A DNA stretch of 24,000 nt, taken from contig JABSQZ010000016.1 of the NCBI GenBank assembly GCA_013215505.1, positions 33,595 through 57,594 of the forward strand, given 5' to 3'. Under the pieces are notes generated by a model. It saw only the letters and a program-made list of their open reading frames with translations, was not told the origin of the DNA and ran no database searches. Shown here one piece after another: positions 9,247-16,403 of this stretch. This DNA comes from Oceanospirillaceae bacterium (GTDB lineage: Bacteria > Pseudomonadota > Gammaproteobacteria > Pseudomonadales > Balneatricaceae). The position numbers and the translations under genes were made by a program. The stretch's first letter is position 1. Every line of letters starts with the position of its first letter.

Positions 9247-11055
9247 TTAATCGAGTGCATTACGTTTAGGTAAAATTGCCGCTTTGTGAGTGTCGATCCA
9301 CCAAGTGTCTAATCCTAAGTCGTATCTGGGTATTTGCTCTGGTCGGGAAAATTTATCCCAGTAGGCGATTCGATAGTTGCGATTGTGCCAGGCCGGTATC
9401 ACCAAATGTTGCCACAGCAGTACCCGGTCTAAGGCCATGCCATAAGCTTTTAGCTCATCCAGGTTTTTCTGGTGTTCAATGATCTTGTCGATCAGCAGGT
9501 CGACTAGTTCACTGGTATAGCCCGAACTATTGTAGGTGCTGTCGACAAACTTTTTCTGAAAAGAAAATTTCAAATTACCGCTGGGGTGTACCCCGCCGCC
9601 CAAGTTGTGAATTAGCATGTCGTATTCGCGCTCGCGCAGTCTGTTGGTCGCCTGGGCGATATCGACCGTGCGGATTTGTAACTCAATACCAATTATTGCC
9701 AGGTTCTTTTGGAAGGGAATAACAAAACGTTCATCGCTAGGGCGCCACAACATAATCTCAAAGACAAAAGGCTTACCTTTACTGTCGACCATTTTACGAT
9801 CTTTTAACTGCCAGCCAGCCTGTTTTAGCAAGCTGATAGCCTGGCGGGTTTTTTTACGCAGTCTTCCTGAACCGTCTGTTTTTGGCGGGTTGAATTCTTT
9901 AGTGAAAACTTCAGCGGGCAGCTGATCTTTAAAGGCCGTCAAAATTTCTAACTCCCGGCCAACAGGGGTTTGCCGCGCCATGTAGTCGGAGTTCTGAAAG
10001 TAAGAGTAGCTACGGGTATCGGCGCCAAAGAATAAACTCTTATTAGTCCATTCAAAATCAAACATTAAGCCAATGGCCTCGCGCACATTTCGATCACTAA
10101 ATTTTGGCCTGGTAGTATTGAAAATAAAACCTTTTAGCTGCCGTGGGGTTTGGTTTTCTATCTCTTCAGTTTTGATATAGTTGGCATCGAAATTTTTACC
10201 CTTATAGGAAGTGGCCCAAAATTTAGAATCGCTCTCTAATCGGCGATCGATCTCGCCCTTTTTGAATGCTTCCAACATCACTGTATTGTCTTTGTAAATA
10301 TCAAAGCGTCTGAAATCAAAATTCAGCAAGCCAATTTGGGTCGGGTGGTTGATGGCCCAGTATTCAGGGTTACGCTTGTAAACTACGTGCTGGCCCATTT
10401 TGAATTCTTCGACAATGTAAGCACCACTGCCCAGGGGCGGCTCATTAAAAGGTTCAGTGAGATCGCGATCTTTATAATAATGTTCCGGAAAAATGGTTAA
10501 ACTGGCGGTGCCGAGCAGTATCTCTTGTTCTTTGGAGGGAATTATAAATTTAACTTCGTCATCGGCGATGACTTCAACGGTCACACCATCAAAGTATTTG
10601 GCAAACTGGTTAACACCCTGGGTCATGAATTTATTAAAAGAAAAGGCGATGTCCCTGGCGGTAAGAGGCTTACCATCCTGAAACTTAGCATCTGTATTTA
10701 ATTTATAACTGACCCAACTATAGTCATCCGGATAGCTGATGCTAGTGCAAACCAGGCAGTAATAAACTTCATCTTCATCCAGGCTCTGGGTGGTTAGCTG
10801 ATCAAAAAACCAAGTGGCGCCAGGGGCTGAAGTGCCTCTGCGGGCGTAGCGGTTGAAATTGTCGAAAGTCGACATGCTGCCCGATGTGAGGTGACCCCCT
10901 TTAGGCGCCTCTGGATTGACATAATCCCAATGTTTAAAGCCAGCTGCATATTTTGGCTCACCTCGTTGGGCAATAGCATGAGAGGTAATAATGTTTTGCG
11001 CGTAACTAAAATTGCTGACCAGCACGGCCAGGCCAATAAATATAATTTTTAACAT
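9247..11055 (-). CDS. yejA: Periplasmic family-5 solute-binding protein YejA
   Basis: This is a 602-aa protein (E. coli YejA is ~604 aa). The signal peptide is MLKIIFIGLAVLVSNFSYA/Q. It is the first gene of the yejABEF order. Confidence 0.85.
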   Translation of the reverse strand: MLKIIFIGLAVLVSNFSYAQNIITSHAIAQRGEPKYAAGFKHWDYVNPEAPKGGHLTSGSMSTFDNFNRYARRGTSAPGATWFFDQLTTQSLDEDEVYYCLVCTSISYPDDYSWVSYKLNTDAKFQDGKPLTARDIAFSFNKFMTQGVNQFAKYFDGVTVEVIADDEVKFIIPSKEQEILLGTASLTIFPEHYYKDRDLTEPFNEPPLGSGAYIVEEFKMGQHVVYKRNPEYWAINHPTQIGLLNFDFRRFDIYKDNTVMLEAFKKGEIDRRLESDSKFWATSYKGKNFDANYIKTEEIENQTPRQLKGFIFNTTRPKFSDRNVREAIGLMFDFEWTNKSLFFGADTRSYSYFQNSDYMARQTPVGRELEILTAFKDQLPAEVFTKEFNPPKTDGSGRLRKKTRQAISLLKQAGWQLKDRKMVDSKGKPFVFEIMLWRPSDERFVIPFQKNLAIIGIELQIRTVDIAQATNRLREREYDMLIHNLGGGVHPSGNLKFSFQKKFVDSTYNSSGYTSELVDLLIDKIIEHQKNLDELKAYGMALDRVLLWQHLVIPAWHNRNYRIAYWDKFSRPEQIPRYDLGLDTWWIDTHKAAILPKRNALD

Positions 11056-11549
11056 TACAACTCCCTACTGATGAAAAAAATAAACTGATAGTAATGAATG
11101 AAGTATAGCTTTGTTTAGTAAATTGGCTAAAAGTTGCAGACAATTGCCGCTAAATCCACTCGAATATTGTTATTTTGTCGATAAGTAACTGATCTTAACT
11201 AGTTTGTCTGTATAGGTATAGCATTTGATTGGGTGACCGCTTGTTTCTAAGTCTTATGTATAGAGACTTAAGCTGGGTGCGGGATACGGCTTAAGTTAAC
11301 CGTCCTCTAAAAGTGAATATCAACGGACTTAACATTTAATCTGCTTCTATCTATCTGAATTATTGGCTAATTGTTATAGTCATCTGCTAATTGTCATATC
11401 AGTGTTAGGGGTTAACGGCACTAGTGGCGTTATCAAAGGACCCGGATAACTCTTTATTACTGATAAGCCATTGAATTAATGTCGAGTAATATTGTCTATG
11501 CAGCAGTGTTGCATTTGATAATGAGTAAAAAAATAAGAGAGTTCAGTTT

Positions 11550-12836
11550 ATGTTTAAATCTTTTTTCCCCAACCCGAAACTATTTTTTCTGTCGCTGCTG
11601 GTTTATGCCGGTATCTGCTGTGGCCTCTGGTACAGCTTTAATCCTGAAATGGCGGCCCTTATTGGCTTAAATGTCGAAGATACTACACCGGTAATAGGTT
11701 TAGGCTTTTTTGTCACCGACTCATTTTTACTGTTTTACCTTTACTATTTTCTCTGCTCGGCGCTGTTTGCAGGGTTTTGGTTTCAAGTTGCAAAACATAA
11801 ATGGCAGTGGTGGTCTATTGTCGGTTCCTCGTTGATTTTGTTTGTGACTTATCTTTCAGTGCAAGTATCAGTGGCCATTAACCACTGGCGCAAACCTTTC
11901 TTCGAAAAAATTCAGCAATTATTAAAACCAGTCAATCCAGAGCAATCTGAGGTTGTTGTCTCAAGTGAAACCGCTGCTGCAGGGGTGACTGAGTTATTGG
12001 AGCTGATCCTTATCTTCGCCGAAATCGCCTGTATCTTTGTCTTTGTCTACGCTGCACTGCGCTTCTTTGTCAATCACTATGTGTTTCGTTGGCGTACCGC
12101 AATGAACGACTATTACACAAGTCGCTGGTCTGAAATTCGACACATTGAAGGGTCGTCGCAACGGGTCCAGGAAGATACCATGAAATTTGCTGCCATTATG
12201 GAGAATTTAGGTGTTTCAATTGTAGATTCGGTGATGACTTTATTTGCCTTCCTGCCAGTGTTATGGGTGCTTTCAGAGCACATATCTGAATTGCCCGTAG
12301 TCGGGGCTATTGCCCATCCACTGTTTTACGCCGCGCTTTTTTGGTCAATTTTTGGCACCGGGTTACTGGCAATAGTAGGTCTAAAGCTCCCCGGGCTGGA
12401 ATTCAAAAACCAGCGGGTAGAAGCTGCCTATCGCAAGGAGTTAGTGCATGGTGAAGACGACGAGATGCGCGCGCAACCTCTGACCTTGAACGAGCTGTTC
12501 ACCAACGTGCGTAAAAACTACTTCAAATTGTACTTTCACTACACCTACTTTAATATTTTTCGTGGTATGTACCTGCAAGTAAACAATATTTTTGTCTACA
12601 TACTGTTGATTCCGACTATTGCTGCAGGCGCAATTACCCTCGGAGTTATGCAGCAGATAACAGCCGCTTTCAACCAAGTGAGCAGCTCATTTCAATACTT
12701 GGTTTACTCCTGGGCGACTATCATCGAGCTAATATCAATCCACAAGCGCCTGTTGTCCTTTGAAGCGACATTTGATGATAAACCTCTGCCCGAACTCGAC
12801 CGTCTTGATATGCAGGATGTTGATCCAGCAGTTTAA
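11550..12836 (+). CDS. sbmA: Peptide antibiotic/antimicrobial-peptide inner-membrane transporter SbmA/BacA
   Basis: This is a 428-aa protein. Long stretches match E. coli SbmA as I recall it: MFKSFFP at the N-terminus, HYVFRWRTAMN.YY, RHIEG..QRVQEDTM.FA, KLPGLEFKNQRVEAAYRKELV.GEDD and VRKNYF.LYFHY.YFNI. An AAGAGAG SD-like element sits ~8 nt upstream of the ATG. Confidence 0.92.
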   Translation: MFKSFFPNPKLFFLSLLVYAGICCGLWYSFNPEMAALIGLNVEDTTPVIGLGFFVTDSFLLFYLYYFLCSALFAGFWFQVAKHKWQWWSIVGSSLILFVTYLSVQVSVAINHWRKPFFEKIQQLLKPVNPEQSEVVVSSETAAAGVTELLELILIFAEIACIFVFVYAALRFFVNHYVFRWRTAMNDYYTSRWSEIRHIEGSSQRVQEDTMKFAAIMENLGVSIVDSVMTLFAFLPVLWVLSEHISELPVVGAIAHPLFYAALFWSIFGTGLLAIVGLKLPGLEFKNQRVEAAYRKELVHGEDDEMRAQPLTLNELFTNVRKNYFKLYFHYTYFNIFRGMYLQVNNIFVYILLIPTIAAGAITLGVMQQITAAFNQVSSSFQYLVYSWATIIELISIHKRLLSFEATFDDKPLPELDRLDMQDVDPAV

Positions 12837-12848
12837 TCAAACCTGATC

Positions 12849-12876
12849 CCTCACAGGGCTGAGAAGCCCTGTAAGG
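12849..12876 (+). terminator. Stem-loop downstream of sbmA (possible weak intrinsic terminator)
   Basis: The sequence is CCTCACAGGGCT-GAGA-AGCCCTGTAAGG. It forms an 8-bp perfect core plus 3 more pairs after one mismatch, with a GAGA tetraloop, 13 nt after the sbmA stop. The downstream tract TTCTATTA is U-poor, so termination efficiency is doubtful. Confidence 0.4.
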
Positions 12877-12908
12877 TTCTATTAAAGGCTGGCAACATCG
12901 ATTATTGA

Positions 12909-12981
12909 CTTCCAACTTCCAACTTCCAACTTCCAACTTCCAACTTCCAACTTCCAACTTCCAACTTCCAACTTCCAACTT
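12909..12981. repeat. Perfect heptanucleotide tandem repeat (CTTCCAA)x10 plus a partial CTT
   Basis: Read directly: ten perfect 7-nt units from 12909 to 12978, then CTT. It lies in the intergenic space between sbmA and the MBL-fold gene. It generates the artefactual minus-strand ORF 12721-12978 (EVGSWKL repeats). Confidence 0.97.
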
Positions 12982-13038
12982 AAGTATGTATTTGAACTAA
13001 GCGCTGTAGCATAAATTTCAGTAGAGGGACAAAAGTGG

Positions 13039-13067
13039 TTGCATAGTTCTTAATCATACTCTAACAT
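13039..13067 (+). promoter_or_regulatory. Putative sigma70 promoter of the MBL-fold gene
   Basis: TTGCAT (13039-13044), a 17-nt spacer, then TAACAT (13062-13067). It lies ~40 nt upstream of the ATG at 13107. Confidence 0.4.
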
Positions 13068-13088
13068 TCAATTAATCAATTGAATGTT
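13063..13088. promoter_or_regulatory. Perfect 26-bp palindrome (11-bp arms, 4-bp spacer); candidate operator
   Basis: AACATTCAATT-aatc-AATTGAATGTT, read directly. It overlaps the putative -10 hexamer and the predicted transcription start region. Confidence 0.6.
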
Positions 13089-13106
13089 GTTAATAGGTGT
13101 GTTGAT

Positions 13107-13838
13107 ATGTTTATGATACAAAGAGAAGTACCCAATGATCCCTCTTCAATCAGTTACTTTATGGGCTGCGTTAGTCAGGCTAAAGCTATTGCTGTTGATG
13201 TACATCTTGATGATATTGATTGGTTTATTACCAGCGCTGAAGAAAAAGGAGTCAATATTAGCTATGTAATAGATACCCATGTGCATGCGGATCATTATTC
13301 AGGAGGCAAGGTTCTTGCCCAGCGAACAGGCGCTCAATACATGCTGAGTGAATTATCGCAAACCCATTTTGATTTTGTTGGGCTCAAAGACCAGCAGATT
13401 ATTCATGCCGGTAACCTTGGGGTGAAAATATTGCACACACCTGGACATACATTAGATTCGATATGTCTATTAGTGACAGATCATTCCCGGGGACCCAATC
13501 CTTGGTTTTTGCTGTCTCAACATACTCTTTTTGTCGGCAGTGTCGGTCGACCGGATTTGCGTGGTCAGGAAGCTGTAATGGCGGCCAGTCTGTATGACAG
13601 TATTCATAATAAATTGTTGATTCTGGACAGCCACATAGAAATTTTACCGGGGGCAAAAGCCGGCAGTGCTTGTGGTGCAGGCATTTCGGGAAAATCTATG
13701 TCAACAATTGGCTATGAGAAGCTTAATAATCCAATTTTAAAATTGTCAAAAGCAGATTTTATCGCCGAGGTCATCGCTACTTTGCCGCCTTATCCGCAAA
13801 GTATGGCTGAGATTGTAAAGGCGAATATAGCCGGTTAA
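13107..13838 (+). CDS. MBL-fold metallo-hydrolase, related to the persulfide-dioxygenase-like/glyoxalase II-like group, with non-canonical distal metal-ligand motifs
   Basis: THVHADHYSGG is the HxHxDH motif, and HTPGHT supplies the third-motif His. The ORF track starts at the TTG at 13080, which lies inside the palindrome. I prefer the ATG at 13107, which has an AGGTG SD 7 nt upstream. The tail LPGAKAGSACG...STIGYEKLNNP resembles the HGAGSxCG...STIG.E...N region of this subfamily. Confidence 0.8.
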   Translation: MFMIQREVPNDPSSISYFMGCVSQAKAIAVDVHLDDIDWFITSAEEKGVNISYVIDTHVHADHYSGGKVLAQRTGAQYMLSELSQTHFDFVGLKDQQIIHAGNLGVKILHTPGHTLDSICLLVTDHSRGPNPWFLLSQHTLFVGSVGRPDLRGQEAVMAASLYDSIHNKLLILDSHIEILPGAKAGSACGAGISGKSMSTIGYEKLNNPILKLSKADFIAEVIATLPPYPQSMAEIVKANIAG

Positions 13839-14444
13839 CACAGTTATGCTGCACAACAACTCGCTGTTATTTCGCACAGTTTAGCGTTACCTCAGTGGGT
13901 GAGAAGCTTGACTAGCTGTCCCAGGTTGAATCTGTGTGGCTGAGTTAACCAGTTAGTTGAGCAGAGCTTGGCCAATACCAGCAGTTGATTGGAAATTTTA
14001 AAACAATTAGAAGCGGTTCAAGTTAGCGGGAGACTCCAGCAAAGGTTTAAATTCATCGGCGATTATGTTGTGGTGTTGCTTAGCCGTTTTCGTAAAACAG
14101 GTGAAACTCACCTGGCGGAAGTGGATCGTTTAAGGCTGCAGTTTAAGGTTAATACGCCCAAACAACAGTCTATATCCCAGTAGAGATTGAGTCAGTGGAT
14201 TTTCCCAATATGAACTATTTACACTCGAAGTTCTGGCTAAAGGGAATGCTTGCAAGGGCACATTCGAGGCAGGCTGATTAGCCTTGAGATTGTAAGATCT
14301 TGAGGATACTGCCGTGCATAAGTTATTGGTTGTCTGCTGTCGCTTCTTGTTGTGTGTATTGCCTATGCAATGCCTGATCACCTATAAGTGAGCTGAAAAT
14401 GGCAGACTCTCATCTACATAATATGTAATTAGACAGGTATCTGT

Positions 14445-15551
14445 ATGATTTATTTAGATTATAATGCTACAACCCCGATAGATAAAGCTGTTGCAGATGC
14501 GATGCAGCCGTATATTTATGAAAATTACGGTAACCCTTCCAGTATTCACAAGATGGGGCTGGAAGCAAAAAGTGCCATTGATCATTCGAGGCGGCAAATT
14601 GCGGCGCTTTTAAATTGTGCTGCAGGGGAAATTGTATTTACCGGTTCTGGCAGTGAAGCCAATAACACCATTATAAAAGGTGTTGCTGAGACCTATCAAC
14701 ATAAGGGACGTCATATCATCACTTCACAGATTGAGCATCCTTCAGTGATTGAAACTTGCAAATATCTTGAAACAAAGGGTTATCGGGTGAGTTACCTGCC
14801 TGTCAACCGGGTTGGCGAGGTGCAGGTGCAGCAATTACAAAACGCACTCACTAGTGAGACCATCCTGGTTAGTATTATGCATTCCAACAATGAGACAGGT
14901 ACGCTTCAAGGTGTTAAAGCCATGGCGGAAATTTGTAATAAGGAAAATATTCTGTTTCATACCGATGCTTCGCAATCCATAGGTAAGGTTACAGTTGACA
15001 TCCAATCGTTGGGCGTTGATTTTTTAACCTTAGCGGGTCCTAAACTGTATGCACCCAAAGGCATTGGGGCGTTTTTTATTAAAAAAGGCATAAGCATTCC
15101 TTCTCTCATTGATGGTGCTGGTCATGAACAGGGCAGGCGGGCGGGAACAGAAAATGTGATTTTCATTGTCGGACTGGGTAAGGCCTGTGAAATGGCCATA
15201 GAGACTGTACAGTCGCCCGATATATTGCATTTAACTGAGTATTTTTACCAACAATTGCTTGGGCTGTTTCAGCAAAAGATTCAATTAAATGGTCACCCTG
15301 AGCGGCGCTTACCCAACACTCTTAATATTAGTTTTTTAGGGCACAGTTCTGCAGATGTGATGTTCGCGCTAGAGGATGTTGCTGTATCAGCAGGTTCTGC
15401 ATGTCACTCTGGGTCGACGCAAGTATCACCGGTATTAAAAGCGATGGGGATTTCAACCCAAGCAGGCGTTGGCGCTATTCGATTTAGTTTGGGGAAATAT
15501 ACGACCAGAGAAGAGATAGACAAAGTGATTGCCATGCTGACTAGGATTTAA
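14445..15551 (+). CDS. Class V aminotransferase/cysteine desulfurase (NifS/IscS-like)
   Basis: This is a 368-aa protein. It has MIYLDYNATTP at the N-terminus, GSGSEANN, HSNNETG, HTDASQSIGK, the PLP-lysine region LAGPKLYAPKGIGA and the catalytic-Cys loop SAGSACHSG. These follow the NifS/IscS pattern. Confidence 0.85.
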   Translation: MIYLDYNATTPIDKAVADAMQPYIYENYGNPSSIHKMGLEAKSAIDHSRRQIAALLNCAAGEIVFTGSGSEANNTIIKGVAETYQHKGRHIITSQIEHPSVIETCKYLETKGYRVSYLPVNRVGEVQVQQLQNALTSETILVSIMHSNNETGTLQGVKAMAEICNKENILFHTDASQSIGKVTVDIQSLGVDFLTLAGPKLYAPKGIGAFFIKKGISIPSLIDGAGHEQGRRAGTENVIFIVGLGKACEMAIETVQSPDILHLTEYFYQQLLGLFQQKIQLNGHPERRLPNTLNISFLGHSSADVMFALEDVAVSAGSACHSGSTQVSPVLKAMGISTQAGVGAIRFSLGKYTTREEIDKVIAMLTRI

Positions 15552-15589
15552 GCCTGGTTTTGAGTGGCAACTCTTGTTGAGGTGATAAG

Positions 15590-16403
15590 TTGCCAGCCTG
15601 CCATTTAAACTGCTATATACAAGTCGGATTGGCAGAGCAGCAAGTTACTCAGGCATGCAAACGATTGAATGCCTGTATTGAAAGGGATATATCTCAGATC
15701 CTTTGCCCCTGCTTTTTGATCAACCATCATGATCCTTGTTGCCCAGCATGCTTTCCATTTTAAGTTTGGAGAAGGTGCTGTATACAGAGGCCAAAGAATT
15801 TTCTAACCCCGAAAAATTGGCATTCAAAATTGGCCTGTCTCCATTGCTAAATACCCAGTTCATTACGCTGCTGACAAATGCCGATAAAAATCAAAATAAC
15901 GGGCAAGAAATCCTGCTGATTGAGACAATTTATAGGTGCTGGATGAAAAATTGAAAAACCGCGAATTCGACCTCATTTTTGTGCCTGTTATTAATAAAAA
16001 GTCTTACAAAAATTCCATACGACTCTATGAAGAAGAGTTGTTTTTCATTGATAATACCGATGCCACTTTAAACCAAGGTGCAAGTGCCAAGGTGCAGATT
16101 AAAGATATTCGGGATAAAACCTTCGTCATGGTTCCTGATTCTTGTGGCCTCTCCGCGATCACCCGTTCACTGATACGCACGACAACAAGTGAGGTCAAGG
16201 AATACGAAGGAAAAGCGCTAAGCTACCAGGTTTTGGCGGATTGGGCATCAAATGGACTGGGTTTTGCGCTATTACCAAAGAGTAAAATTTTGCCACATAT
16301 TGCAAAACAGTAACTCTTTGCCTCCAATAAGGCAGTCAAAATTTCATTTCAGGCCAGGTGGTTGTCAAATGACAGTAAAGCACTTAAAAAAATGATTCAG
16401 TAA
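15590..16403 (+). pseudogene. Disrupted LysR-family transcriptional regulator (multiple frameshifts and stops); 5' boundary approximate
   Basis: Track ORFs 15736-15954 and 15936-16313 together read as a LysR substrate-binding domain: KIGLSPLLNTQFITLLT...EILLIETIYR / LDEKLKNREFDLIFVP...LYEEELFFI...IKDIRDKTFVMV...EYEGKALSYQVLADWASNGLGFALLPKS. They are in different frames, with a shift near 15935. An in-frame TAA at 16311-16313 is followed by 29 more in-frame LysR-like C-terminal codons (…ISFQARWLSNDSKALKKMIQ*, ending at 16403). Upstream, 15620-15735 carries HTH-like remnants (LAEQQVTQACKRLNACIERDI..., then LLFDQPS*) split across frames and interrupted by a TGA. Confidence 0.65.

Noticed and set aside
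11479-11670. A 63-aa plus-strand ORF starting upstream of sbmA and overlapping its start in another frame; considered as a possible leader peptide
   Set aside because: It runs 120 nt into the sbmA coding region out of frame, has no SD, and its sequence is unremarkable. The sbmA ATG at 11550 has its own SD and aligns with the E. coli SbmA N-terminus.
12721-12978. Track ORF on the minus strand (85 aa) beginning MEVGSWKLEVGSWKLEVGSWKLEV
   Set aside because: The repetitive N-terminus is simply the (CTTCCAA)n array read in one frame, since three heptamers make one 7-aa repeat. The rest overlaps the 3' end of sbmA antisense. There is no SD and no independent support.
12909-12981. Considered whether the tandem repeats could be a CRISPR array or a coding repeat
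   Set aside because: The units are 7 nt, contiguous and without spacers, and no cas genes are present. The array lies after the sbmA stop and its terminator-like hairpin, and before the next promoter, so it is intergenic.
13080-13106. TTG start given by the ORF track for the MBL-fold gene
   Set aside because: The TTG lies within the right arm of the 26-bp palindrome and has no SD. The in-frame ATG at 13107 has AGGTG 7 nt upstream, so the shorter model was preferred. This is not proven.
13989-14381. Track ORFs 13989-14183 (plus) and 14130-14381 (minus) in the MBL-desulfurase gap
   Set aside because: They overlap each other, lack SD sequences, and show no family resemblance. The first needs a TTG start. 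I left them unannotated and flagged the region as unexplained instead.
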